NCBI GenBank assembly: GCA_963834385.1
Contig: CAWIBO010000005.1
Coordinates: 320,001-384,000, forward strand
Reading direction: 5' to 3'
DNA from: an uncultured Verrucomicrobiae bacterium
GTDB taxonomy: Bacteria > Verrucomicrobiota > Verrucomicrobiia > Chthoniobacterales > UBA10450
DNA length: 64,000 nucleotides
A program made the translations under genes and the position numbers. Positions 29,916 through 38,821 of the stretch are shown in pieces. Below the pieces are notes generated by a model that was not told the DNA's origin, ran no database searches, and worked only from the letters and a program-made list of their open reading frames with translations. Positions within the stretch are counted from its first letter, which is position 1. Every line of letters starts with the position of its first letter.

Positions 29916-29940
29916 TCTCCATCCTCAATCTTCCATTCTC
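29913..29940. repeat. 4 x 7-bp tandem repeat (CATYCTC class), inverted relative to the 29428 array
   Basis: cattctc catcctc aatcttc cattctc; on the minus strand the last unit supplies the ATG of the four-helix bundle gene. Confidence 0.85.
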
Positions 29941-29952
29941 ATGCAGCGAAGC

Positions 29953-30720
29953 TCACGCCTGCTTCACCGCCTCGGCCACGTCGGAGAGAATGGTCAGGCG
30001 GCCGCCGTAGGTGGTCTGGAGCAGTTCCTGGGTGAAGACTTCGGCGGTCGGGCCGAAGGCGACCACGCGCATGTTCAGCAGGATGAGCATGTCGAAATAC
30101 TGGCGCGCGGTCGGGAGATCGTGGTGCACCACCAGGATCGTCTTGCCGCGGGCGCGCAACTCGTGCAGGAGGGTGATGATGGCGCTCTCGGTCGCGGCAT
30201 CGACCCCCGAGAACGGTTCGTCCATGAAATAGAGGTCGCTTTCCTGGGCCAGGGCGCGCGCGAGGAAAACGCGCTGCTGTTGTCCGCCTGAGAGGTTCGA
30301 GATCTGGCGGTTGGCAAACGGAAGCATCTTCACCTTCTCCAGCGCGGCCCGCGCCGCCTCCCGGTCCGCCTTGCCCGGTCGCCGGACAAGGCCGACATGG
30401 CCGTAACGGCCCATGAGCACGACGTCCATGACGTTGACCGGAAAATCCCAGTCGACCGATTCGCGCTGCGGGACGTAGCCGACCCGGCGCAGGTTTTTCT
30501 TGTAGGGTTGGCCAAAAATTTTCACCCAGCCGCTGCTCAGCGGAACCAGGCCCATGATCGCCTTGATCAGGGTCGTCTTGCCGGCCCCGTTCGGCCCGAC
30601 GATCCCGATCAGCTTGCCGGCCGGCGTTTCCAGGTCGATGCCCCAGAGCACCGGCTTCTTGTGATACGCCACGGTCAGATCGTGGATTTCGAGCGGGGAG
30701 GGCTGGCCGGTGTTCTCCAT
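29953..30720 (-). CDS. Mn/Zn ABC transporter ATP-binding protein (TroB/MntB-like)
   Basis: GPNGAGKT, YVPQRESVDWDFP, LSGGQQQRVFLARAL, MDEPF, VHHDL. Confidence 0.95.
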   Translation of the reverse strand: MENTGQPSPLEIHDLTVAYHKKPVLWGIDLETPAGKLIGIVGPNGAGKTTLIKAIMGLVPLSSGWVKIFGQPYKKNLRRVGYVPQRESVDWDFPVNVMDVVLMGRYGHVGLVRRPGKADREAARAALEKVKMLPFANRQISNLSGGQQQRVFLARALAQESDLYFMDEPFSGVDAATESAIITLLHELRARGKTILVVHHDLPTARQYFDMLILLNMRVVAFGPTAEVFTQELLQTTYGGRLTILSDVAEAVKQA

Positions 30721-30774
30721 AGGTCTAGCGCCGCGCGACGACCGAGGCGGAACTGTGGTTGTGAGCGGCAATCC

Positions 30775-30822
30775 GGACGCGCGGAAGCGCGTCCCTCCGG
30801 AGGGAGATGCTTCCGCGTGTCC
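30775..30822. repeat. Inverted pair of 24-bp REP-like palindromes (GGAGGGAC-NN-GCTTCCGC-NN-GTCC)
   Basis: ggacgcgcggaagcgcgtccctcc + ggagggagatgcttccgcgtgtcc; the same family recurs at 63096..63145. Confidence 0.8.
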
Positions 30823-30861
30823 GGGCTTTGACGCAATGATCGCGTTTCATCCTTCTCTATA

Positions 30862-31734
30862 CTAGAAGCGCCAGGTCGCTCCGAGGAAGGGGTTGAAATC
30901 GTCCGCGGCCCGGGTCAGCCCCAGGTTGACCCCGAGATCGAGCTGAAAATCGCGCGTGACCGCGTAGGTCAATCCGCAGTCGAAGGTCGCGATCCAGTCC
31001 GCCCCTTTCTCGCTGCTGACCGCGCTGAAGATCTCGGCGTAACCCCCCAGGTTCCCGATCAGGTCGCGGCCCAGGGCGACGGTCTGCACCCATTCGAGGT
31101 GGGTGCCGCGGCCGTCTTCGTCGCGGTTGAAATCAAACTCCGGCATCACTCCAAGGCTCCAACCGGCCGGCAGCTCGATGGCGAACGGAAAGATGAGGCC
31201 GCCTTCGACCGCGCCGTTGCCCAGGTCCTTCGCGGCGGTGGGAAACTTGAGGAACGGCATGACGGCAAACGCGGTCCGGCCGCCGTCGTTGCCCCAAAGG
31301 TTGATCTTGAGGCGCGAAACCAGGTCGCCGAACCCGCTGGTCTTGCGGGTCAGCCCCGCGCTGCGGTCCTCCATCCGGACCGTATTGAAGGCGGGCACGA
31401 TGATCTGGAGATCAATGTGGTGGAACAACCCGGCCTTCAGGTTTGTGTTCGCAAACGACCAGCTCTCGACCCGGGTGTTGGCGGCGTCGCCGTTGTAGGC
31501 GTCGCGACTGTAATTGAAAAGATCGGCCTCCACCTGGAAATGGCCGGGATCGACCGTGTAGGGACTTTCCGTCTTGTCCGGCCGATCGGTGCTGAGATCA
31601 CGCAACGCTTCGCGCGGCACGGGCCGGAAAAGATGATAGCCGGTCTTGTCGAGGACCGGCGCCTCGCCCGCGCACAGGCCGGCGGCCGACAAAAGCAAAC
31701 CGGCGGAGAAGAGGCCGAGCGTCAGGCTCTTCAT
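30862..31734 (-). CDS. Putative outer-membrane beta-barrel (MetA-pathway/Phenol_MetA_deg-like transporter)
   Basis: Signal peptide; TDRPDKTESPYTVDPG.FQVE, SGFGD, K.PT, QLD.G, terminal Phe (ATWRF). Confidence 0.8.
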   Translation of the reverse strand: MKSLTLGLFSAGLLLSAAGLCAGEAPVLDKTGYHLFRPVPREALRDLSTDRPDKTESPYTVDPGHFQVEADLFNYSRDAYNGDAANTRVESWSFANTNLKAGLFHHIDLQIIVPAFNTVRMEDRSAGLTRKTSGFGDLVSRLKINLWGNDGGRTAFAVMPFLKFPTAAKDLGNGAVEGGLIFPFAIELPAGWSLGVMPEFDFNRDEDGRGTHLEWVQTVALGRDLIGNLGGYAEIFSAVSSEKGADWIATFDCGLTYAVTRDFQLDLGVNLGLTRAADDFNPFLGATWRF

Positions 31735-32648
31735 CGCAGACCCTCCACGATGGTGGTGAGATTATGTTTGATCATCCCCTCGTAAGTCCCGAGGTCGTAA
31801 CCGTTCTCCATCTGGCCGGGCGTTCCCATGGCATCGGAGAAAAGTTCGCCGCCGATCTTCACCCCGGCGTCGCGGCTGATCCGCTCAATCGTGGTGTGCG
31901 GGACGCTCGACTCGACGAAGACGGCTTTGACCCCTTTGTCCCGGATGAAATCAGTCAGCTTGGCCATGTCGGCGAGCCCGGCCTCGGTCACGGTGGAAAT
32001 GCCCTGGAGGCCGACCACCTGGAACCCGTAGGCGCGTCCGAAATAATTGTAGGCGTCGTGGCTGGTCACGAGGATGCGCCGTTCCGGCGGCAGCTCGGCC
32101 GCTTTCTGCACCGCCCACTGGTGCAGGGTCTCGAGGCGTGCGCGCGTTTCCTGCGCGCGGCGGCGGTAGAGTTCGGCGCCGGCCGGGTCGGCTTCGCTCA
32201 GGCCTTTCTCGATCGTGGCCAGACATTCCTGCCAGAGGGTGACATCAAACCAGACATGCGGGTCGTAATGGCCGGCGAACTCGGGGGGCTCGAGCAAACG
32301 CTCCGGCGGGATGGTCTCGGTTACGGCATAAACGAAACGCTGGGAGCGGGCGAGCTTCGCCAGGACATCCTGCATTTTGCCTTCGAGGAGCAGGCCGACG
32401 TAGAAAATGATATCGGCGTCGCGGAGCCGGGTGAGATCGGCCGCGGTGGCTTTGTAAAGGTGGGGATCGACGCCGGGCCCCATGAGCGGGGTGACCGCGA
32501 CCCGGTCGCCGCCGACCTGTTGGGCGAGATCGGCGATCATGGCGACGGTGGTGGTGACCTTGAGCGGGAGACTGGGTTCGCGGGCGGGGGGCGGGGAACA
32601 GGCGTGGAAAAGAGCGGGGAGCAGGAGGAGAAGAAAGCGGCGCTTCAT
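31731..32648 (-). CDS. Mn/Zn ABC substrate-binding lipoprotein (TroA/MntA-like)
   Basis: Lipobox FHAC; GPGVDPHLY, DPHVWFD, TSHDAYNYF, FVESS, LFSDAMG. Confidence 0.95.
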   Translation of the reverse strand: MKRRFLLLLLPALFHACSPPPAREPSLPLKVTTTVAMIADLAQQVGGDRVAVTPLMGPGVDPHLYKATAADLTRLRDADIIFYVGLLLEGKMQDVLAKLARSQRFVYAVTETIPPERLLEPPEFAGHYDPHVWFDVTLWQECLATIEKGLSEADPAGAELYRRRAQETRARLETLHQWAVQKAAELPPERRILVTSHDAYNYFGRAYGFQVVGLQGISTVTEAGLADMAKLTDFIRDKGVKAVFVESSVPHTTIERISRDAGVKIGGELFSDAMGTPGQMENGYDLGTYEGMIKHNLTTIVEGLR

Positions 32649-32668
32649 TATAGGAAATACAAACAAAG

Positions 32669-32704
32669 TTAGGCAAGACTAAATCCCGGCGGCGGGGTTG
32701 TCAA
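32669..32704 (-). promoter_or_regulatory. Sigma70 promoter (TTGACA-17-TAGTCT) overlapped by DtxR/MntR-type operator TTAG-N6-CTAA
   Basis: Minus strand -35 TTGACA at 32704..32699, -10 TAGTCT at 32681..32676; palindrome TTAGGCAAGACTAA at 32669..32682, ~20 bp upstream of the troA-like start. Confidence 0.8.
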
Positions 32705-32769
32705 GCCGGAAGGTGGGCCCGGCCGGATTCGGTGGCAGAGGGGGCTGACCCGCGCTTAGGTGGCGCTGC

Positions 32770-33996
32770 ATGAAGGCGCTCTTCCTGACCAACGAGTATC
32801 CTCCGCACATCTATGGCGGCGCCGGCGTGCACGTCGATTATCTCTCGCGCGAACTGGCCCGGCTGATCGAGGTGGAGGTGCGCTGCTTTGGCGACCAGCA
32901 AAGCGAGGGGAAAAACCTGCGCGTGCGCGGGTTCGAGGCCGACACCGCTGCCTACGCCTGCCCGAAGCCGCTTCGGTCCGTCTTCGGTGCCCTCGAGCGC
33001 TGCAACGATTTCAACGCCGCCGGGATCGACGCCGACGTGGTGCATTGCCACACCTGGTACAGCCATTGGGGCGGGATTCTCGCGAAAAAGAACTACGGTC
33101 TTCCGCTGGTGATCACGGTGCACTCGCTCGAGCCGTTGCGGCCCTGGAAACGCGAGCAGCTCGGCGGCGGCTACGATTTCAGTCTCTGGGTGGAAAAAAC
33201 CGCGCTGGAAATGGCGGACGCCGTCATCGCCGTTTCGCAGGAGACCAAGTCCGATATCCAGCGCCTCTTCAAGGTGCCGGATGATCGGCTGCATATTGTC
33301 TACAACGGGATCGACCTGGAGGAATACCGGAAGGTCACGACCACGGCGGCGCTGGAGCGGTTCGGGATCGATCCGGCCCGGCCTTTCGTCCTCTTTGTCG
33401 GGCGGATCGCCCGCCAGAAGGGCATTGTCCATCTTGCCCGGGCGATCGCGCACATGGAGAAGGGATTCCAGGTCGTCCTTTGCGCGGGGGCGCCCGACAC
33501 CCCGGAGATTGCCGCGGAGATGAGCGCAGCGGTGGAGGCGGCCCGGGCCGGCCGGGGCGACGTGATCTGGATCGACGAGATGGTGGACAAAAAATCGGTC
33601 ATTGAACTTTACTCCCAGGCCGCGGTTTTTTGTTGTCCGTCGATTTACGAGCCGTTTGGGATCATCAACCTCGAGGCGATGGCGTGCGAAACCGCGGTGG
33701 TGGCGAGCGCGGTCGGCGGGATCAAGGAAGTGGTGGTGGACGGCCAGACCGGGCTGCTCGTTCCGCTCGACCAGATGGAGGAAAGTCCGTTCGAGCCGCG
33801 CGACCCCGAGGCTTTTTCCCGCGCGTTGGCGGACCGGATCAACGAGCTGATGCGCGACCAGGAACGCCGTGAAGCCTTCGGGCGGGCCGGCCGGAAACGG
33901 GCGGAGCAAAAATTCGGATGGAACGCCATCGCGCGCGAGACCGTGGCGGTCTACGAGAAGGTGCTCCGGACGGGCGGGCGCGCCGCCGTTTCCTGA
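32770..33996 (+). CDS. glgA: Glycogen synthase, GT4 (GlgA/GlgM-type)
   Basis: TNEYPPHIYGGAGVHV, HCHTWY, HSLEPLRPWKREQLGGGY, GAPDTPEI, CPSIYEPFGIINLEAMAC. Confidence 0.9.
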   Translation: MKALFLTNEYPPHIYGGAGVHVDYLSRELARLIEVEVRCFGDQQSEGKNLRVRGFEADTAAYACPKPLRSVFGALERCNDFNAAGIDADVVHCHTWYSHWGGILAKKNYGLPLVITVHSLEPLRPWKREQLGGGYDFSLWVEKTALEMADAVIAVSQETKSDIQRLFKVPDDRLHIVYNGIDLEEYRKVTTTAALERFGIDPARPFVLFVGRIARQKGIVHLARAIAHMEKGFQVVLCAGAPDTPEIAAEMSAAVEAARAGRGDVIWIDEMVDKKSVIELYSQAAVFCCPSIYEPFGIINLEAMACETAVVASAVGGIKEVVVDGQTGLLVPLDQMEESPFEPRDPEAFSRALADRINELMRDQERREAFGRAGRKRAEQKFGWNAIARETVAVYEKVLRTGGRAAVS

Positions 33997-34044
33997 CCCG
34001 ATTTCGCGCGGGACAGGTTCGCCGAGGAGTGGCACTTTGGACCG

Positions 34045-35175
34045 ATGTTTGTCGACCGAATAAGGATCTTTGCGCAGGCCGGGAAAGGGGGGCGCGGCTG
34101 CGTCAGCTTCCGCCGCGAAAAGTTTGTGCCCAAGGGCGGGCCGGACGGTGGCGACGGCGGCAAGGGGGGCGACATCATTTTGCAGGCGGACAAAAACACC
34201 GACAACCTGACCGCGCTTTTCTACGAGCCGATCGTCAAGGCCAAGAGCGGCGTGCACGGGCAGGGGAAGAAGAAGCATGGGCGTTCCGCCGTGGCGAAGG
34301 TGGTGAAGGTGCCGGTGGGCACAATTGTTTACGAGGCGGCGGCGCCGGTCCGGCGGGACGAGTGGGAAGAGGAGAAGGTTGAGGCGGGAGAAGAGAAGGC
34401 GCCCGTCTTGCCGCCGGTGTTGGGCGAGCCGGTCGCGGACCTGGCGCGGGACGGCGAGGAATTTGTGCTTTGCCGCGGCGGCGCAGGCGGCAAGGGCAAC
34501 GTGCATTTCAAGAGTTCACGCAACCGGGCGCCGATCCAGTACACCGAAGGCGCGGACGGCGAGGAGGGCCATTTCCTTTTCGAGCTGCGGACCATCGCTG
34601 ACGTCGGGCTGGTCGGTTATCCCAACGCGGGCAAGTCCACCCTGCTGACGCGTCTTTCCGCAGCCCATCCGAAAATTGCGCCGTATCCGTTTACCACCCT
34701 GCATCCGGCGGTCGGGGTGGTGGAGATGGGCGAGTACGCGCGGATCACGGTGGCCGATATTCCCGGCCTGATTGAAGGGGCGCATCGAAATCTCGGGCTG
34801 GGGCACGATTTTTTGCGGCATATCACCCGCTGCCGCGTCCTGTTGTTCGTGCTCGACACGGCGGGGAGCGAGGGGCGGCATCCGGCGGAGGATCTGCAGA
34901 CGCTGCGGCGGGAACTGGACCTGTATGATGCCCGGCTCTCGCGCCGTCCGTGGTTCGTCGCGGCCAACAAAATGGACCTTCCGGGCGCGATTGAGCATCT
35001 GGAGGCGCTGCGCCAGCGTTTCCCCGGGGTGAACATGGTTCCCATCTCGGCGGAGAAGCGCGCAGGGCTGGACGAACTTAAAGAACAACTGGCACGGATG
35101 TTACCTTCCGAGCCGGCCGCGGACGCGCCGAAAGAGGAAGGCGCCGACATGGTGGAAGCCGAGAATATCCGTTAG
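34045..35175 (+). CDS. obgE: GTPase ObgE/CgtA
   Basis: FRREKFVPKGGPDGGDGG, GYPNAGKS, YPFTTL, DIPGLIEGAH, NKMD. Confidence 0.97.
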   Translation: MFVDRIRIFAQAGKGGRGCVSFRREKFVPKGGPDGGDGGKGGDIILQADKNTDNLTALFYEPIVKAKSGVHGQGKKKHGRSAVAKVVKVPVGTIVYEAAAPVRRDEWEEEKVEAGEEKAPVLPPVLGEPVADLARDGEEFVLCRGGAGGKGNVHFKSSRNRAPIQYTEGADGEEGHFLFELRTIADVGLVGYPNAGKSTLLTRLSAAHPKIAPYPFTTLHPAVGVVEMGEYARITVADIPGLIEGAHRNLGLGHDFLRHITRCRVLLFVLDTAGSEGRHPAEDLQTLRRELDLYDARLSRRPWFVAANKMDLPGAIEHLEALRQRFPGVNMVPISAEKRAGLDELKEQLARMLPSEPAADAPKEEGADMVEAENIR

Positions 35176-35177
35176 AC

Positions 35178-36434
35178 ATGGTGAAAAGTTCCGCCCAAAG
35201 TCGGCCTCCCATGGAGGCGCGCACGGTTGCCAGCTATTGCACCACCTTCCTCAAGCCGGAGATGCTCCATGTCTACCGGCAGGTGACGGGGCTGCAGCGT
35301 TATCGCACCTTTGTCATGACACGGGCGTTGCAGGACGCCGACCGTTTTCCGTTCCCCGACGTTGAGATCCTGCCGCGGCCGCACATGAATCTGTTCCGGC
35401 ACGGGTATCTGAAGTTCATCGAGAAACGGCCGCCGGTGATTTACCGGGGCGAATACCAGATGCTCTCGTCGCTGCTCGAGGGGCGCGGGGCCGACCTGAT
35501 GCACATTTATTTCGGGCACACCGGAGTCCATTTGCTGCCTTTCATCGAGGTCTGGAACAAGCCCTGCGTGGTCTCGTTCCATGGCGCGGATGTGGCGGTG
35601 AAAAAGGATGTGCCCGATTACGCCGCCAAACTGGCGCGCCTCTTCAAGGCGGCCACGCTCGTCTTTGCGCGCTCGGAGTCGCTGGCGGCGCGTTTGCGGC
35701 AGTTCGGTTGCGCCGAGGAAAAACTCCGGATCAATCGCACCGGCGTGCCGCTCCATCGTTTTCCCTTCCGGGAGCGAACCCCGGCCGAGGCGGGCCAATG
35801 GAAGATCGTGCAGGCCTGCCGCTTGATTCCGAAAAAGGGGCTGGTCACCGCCCTGAAGGCCTTTGCCCGGGTCCTCGCGCGCCATCCGCAGGTCCATTTT
35901 TGCATCGCCGGCAAGGGTCCGATGCAGCGGGAGCTGGAGGAATTGTGCGACCGGCTGGGCATTGCGGAGCACGTCACTTTCGCCGGCTTCCTTTCGCAGG
36001 AAGATCTCTGCGAGCTTTATCACGAGTCCCATCTGTTCCTGCACCCGAGCGAAATGCAGCCGGACCAGGACCAGGAAGGCGTGCCCAACTCGATGCTGGA
36101 AGCGATGGCCACCGGTCTGCCCGTGGTGGCCACCCGCCATGGTGGCATCCCGGAGGCGGTGGAGCATGGCGAAACCGGTCTCCTGGTGGAGGAACGGAAC
36201 GAAGTGGCTCTGGCGGACGCGATCACGACACTGCTTGAGTCAACCGAGCTGCAACGGTCGCTCGGGCGCGCCGCCAGCCATTCCGTGGCCCACCAATTCG
36301 AGCAGCAGACGCAGATCGCGCGGTTGGAAAGCTTTTACGATGAGGCCATTGCCCGCGGCGCGGAACAGCCGGCGACCGAGCCCGTCTCCACTTTTCCCGG
36401 TCTTTCCTTGCAGGGCCAGACCGCGTTGAAGTAA
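35178..36434 (+). CDS. Glycosyltransferase family 4 (WcaL-like)
   Basis: SFHGAD, RL.PKKG, EGVPNSMLEAMATGLPVVATRHGGIPEAV. Confidence 0.9.
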   Translation: MVKSSAQSRPPMEARTVASYCTTFLKPEMLHVYRQVTGLQRYRTFVMTRALQDADRFPFPDVEILPRPHMNLFRHGYLKFIEKRPPVIYRGEYQMLSSLLEGRGADLMHIYFGHTGVHLLPFIEVWNKPCVVSFHGADVAVKKDVPDYAAKLARLFKAATLVFARSESLAARLRQFGCAEEKLRINRTGVPLHRFPFRERTPAEAGQWKIVQACRLIPKKGLVTALKAFARVLARHPQVHFCIAGKGPMQRELEELCDRLGIAEHVTFAGFLSQEDLCELYHESHLFLHPSEMQPDQDQEGVPNSMLEAMATGLPVVATRHGGIPEAVEHGETGLLVEERNEVALADAITTLLESTELQRSLGRAASHSVAHQFEQQTQIARLESFYDEAIARGAEQPATEPVSTFPGLSLQGQTALK

Positions 36435-36598
36435 CGGGCGCGCTTTCTCTCCAAAAAAAGGGCGGAAAGTCGCTTGTCAGAACCGCAAAACAGGCTTTGC
36501 TATGCGCGCACGCAAGCGTCCCTTGTGTTGAGTGCGAGGCCTCGCGGCCGCCGCACCGGCAGAGAGTTCGGGCCGCTGCCTTGCAGATACCCATACGC

Positions 36599-37543
36599 AT
36601 GCCGTTTCGTTCCTTTTTAGTTTTTGTCAGCCTGTTCTTCCTCGTCGCCGGCGGGGAAATGTTCGCGGCCGCGCCGGCCGCGGATCAACACGGGACCGCC
36701 GCGGGCGAACACGCCGCCGGGCACGACGAACACCACACTCTGCCGCTGCACGCGGTGCCCCTTTTCCAGATCGGCAAGTTCCCCGTGACCAACTCGATCC
36801 TGGTCACCTGGGTCGTGGCCGCCCTCATCATCTTTTTCGCGCAGATGGCCACCCGCAAAATCCAGGCGGTCCCGAGCGGCGCCCAGAATTTCTGGGAATG
36901 GCTCGTGGAAAGCCTCTACGATTTCCTCGGGAACGTCATCGGGGCAAAGCTGGTGAAGATGACCTTCTGGTTTTTCGCCACCACCTTCATCTTCATCCTT
37001 TTCCTTAACTGGTTCGGCCTCATCCCCGGCGTGGGCACGATCGGCTGGGGCCATACCAATCCGGCTACTGGCAACTTTATCGTCACGCGCCCGCTCCTGC
37101 GCGGCGCCAATGCCGACCTGAACCTGACGCTCGCGATGGCCTGCGTCTTCTTCGTCCTCTGGATCATCTGGGCCATCCGGATGAACGGCGTCGGCGGCGT
37201 GCTCGTCCACGTCTTTGGCCCGAAAGGCGAGACCTCGGGCGCGCTCAAGGTCCTGATGGTGGTCATTTTCTTTCTCGTCGGCATCCTCGAGGTGGTTTCG
37301 ATTCTTTTCCGCCCGATTTCGCTCAGCTTCCGGTTGTTCGGAAACATCTATGCCGGCGAAGTGATGCTCGAGTCGATGGCGGCGGTGGGCGGCCAGTTTC
37401 TCGCCTGGCTTGTCCCGATCCCGTTTTACTTTTTGGAATTGCTGGTGGGCCTGGTTCAGGCCCTCGTTTTCATGCTGCTCACCGGGGTCTTTACGCTCCT
37501 GATTGCGCCGCATGAACCGGGGCACGATTCATCCCATCACTAG
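36599..37543 (+). CDS. atpB: F0F1 ATP synthase subunit a
   Basis: VP..AQNF.E, NWFGLIPG, RPISLSFRLFGNIYAGE, ELLVGLVQALVF.LL. Confidence 0.96.
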   Translation: MPFRSFLVFVSLFFLVAGGEMFAAAPAADQHGTAAGEHAAGHDEHHTLPLHAVPLFQIGKFPVTNSILVTWVVAALIIFFAQMATRKIQAVPSGAQNFWEWLVESLYDFLGNVIGAKLVKMTFWFFATTFIFILFLNWFGLIPGVGTIGWGHTNPATGNFIVTRPLLRGANADLNLTLAMACVFFVLWIIWAIRMNGVGGVLVHVFGPKGETSGALKVLMVVIFFLVGILEVVSILFRPISLSFRLFGNIYAGEVMLESMAAVGGQFLAWLVPIPFYFLELLVGLVQALVFMLLTGVFTLLIAPHEPGHDSSHH

Positions 37544-37609
37544 ATAAACAATTTTGGCGGTTGTGACCGTGGTTCCCGCGGAAGCCGCCGAAGAGAAAGG
37601 AAAAAACAA

Positions 37610-37819
37610 ATGACACCAATACTCGCAGAATTAACAGGCAGCCTTCACGTCGGTCTCGCGGCGCTGGGCGCGGCGGTCGGCGTGGGTTTGATCGGCATGG
37701 GCGCCTCGAGCGCGGTCGGTCGCAACCCCGGCGCGGCCACCCCGATCCTGGTGCAGGCGATTCTCGCGATCGCGCTCGCGGAAGCGATCGTGTTCTACGC
37801 CCTGTTCCTCGTTAAGTAA
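37610..37819 (+). CDS. atpE: F0F1 ATP synthase subunit c
   Basis: Gly-rich GLAALGAAVGVG, GRNP loop, proton-carrying Glu in LAEA. Confidence 0.96.
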   Translation: MTPILAELTGSLHVGLAALGAAVGVGLIGMGASSAVGRNPGAATPILVQAILAIALAEAIVFYALFLVK

Positions 37820-37823
37820 TCCC

Positions 37824-37862
37824 GCGGGCGCGGGCGCTTCGGCGTCCGCGCCCCGCACTTTT
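37824..37862 (+). terminator. Strong UUCG-capped hairpin with short U tract between atpE and atpF
   Basis: GCGGGCGCGGGCGC-TTCG-GCGTCCGCGCCCCGC-ACTTTT. Confidence 0.65.
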
Positions 37863-37867
37863 CCCTT

Positions 37868-38407
37868 ATGTATCTCCATATTCTAGCTCAAGCCGACCTT
37901 CTCGAGACCGCCCGGACCACGGGCGAGACTTTCGGGTTCAACATGTGGCTTTTCCTTTCGCAGGTGATCTCCTTCGTCATCGTGGCCCTGGCCCTGCGCC
38001 GTTTTGCCTACAAGCCGATCCTGGCCGTGCTGGAACAGCGTCGCCAGCAAATCGCCGAGGCGCAGATGAACTCGGAGAAGATCAAGCAGCAACTGGCCGA
38101 GGCCGAGCAGCGTTACGCCGAGATCCTTTCCAAGGCGAACGCGCAGGCGCAGAAGATGATCGACGAGGCGCGTGAAAGCGCCTCGCACGTGGCCGAGCGC
38201 AAACAGCAGGAGGCCGTGGCCGCGGCCGAGCAGATCGTGGCCAAGGCGCGCGAAGCCAGCGCGATCGAGCACGAGCGCACCATGGCGGAGTTGAAACGCG
38301 AGCTGGGCCGCCTGGTCGTCGACACCACCGCGAAGGTCACGGGCAAGGTGCTCACCCCGGAAGACCAGCGCCGGCTCCAGGACGAGGCTTCCCGGCAGGT
38401 CGCCTGA
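37868..38407 (+). CDS. atpF: F0F1 ATP synthase subunit b
   Basis: Q.ISF.IV..L.RFAYKPI...LE.R...I followed by coiled coil. Confidence 0.95.
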   Translation: MYLHILAQADLLETARTTGETFGFNMWLFLSQVISFVIVALALRRFAYKPILAVLEQRRQQIAEAQMNSEKIKQQLAEAEQRYAEILSKANAQAQKMIDEARESASHVAERKQQEAVAAAEQIVAKAREASAIEHERTMAELKRELGRLVVDTTAKVTGKVLTPEDQRRLQDEASRQVA

Positions 38408-38417
38408 CCGTTTCCCG

Positions 38418-38810
38418 ATGAAGGTCAACAAGGAGATACGGCAAATGTCGCGGGCGCTCATGCGGAGCAGCTTCACCGACGGCCAGCTCGACCAGGGGCG
38501 CATCGCCAAGCTGGTCGACTCGATCATCGAGAAAAAGCCGCGCAGCTATCTCCGCATCCTCGAGGAGTTCAAGCGTCTCCTTCGTCTCGAGGTGGAAAAA
38601 CGCACCGCCACCGTGGAAAGCGCGGCCCAGTTGAACCCCGAGGCGGCCGAGAAAATCGTCGTCAACCTGAAGCGGAAATACGGTTCCGATCTTCAAACCA
38701 ATTTCACCACCAACCCGGACCTGCTCGGCGGGATGCGCATTCGCGTCGGCAGCGATGTCTGGGACAGCAGCGTGCGCAATCGCCTCCAGCGCCTCCAACA
38801 ACAACTTTAA
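38418..38810 (+). CDS. atpH: F0F1 ATP synthase subunit delta (short form)
   Basis: [30 protein letters not shown]; operon position. Confidence 0.92.
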   Translation: MKVNKEIRQMSRALMRSSFTDGQLDQGRIAKLVDSIIEKKPRSYLRILEEFKRLLRLEVEKRTATVESAAQLNPEAAEKIVVNLKRKYGSDLQTNFTTNPDLLGGMRIRVGSDVWDSSVRNRLQRLQQQL

Positions 38811-38821
38811 CCTACCAAATC

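Noticed and set aside
32701..34506. Long antisense ORFs (this 601-aa ORF; also 54207..56606, 51431..53149, 28079..29470, 7002..8357)
   Set aside because: Shadow ORFs opposite well-supported genes, expected in high-GC DNA; no recognisable motifs
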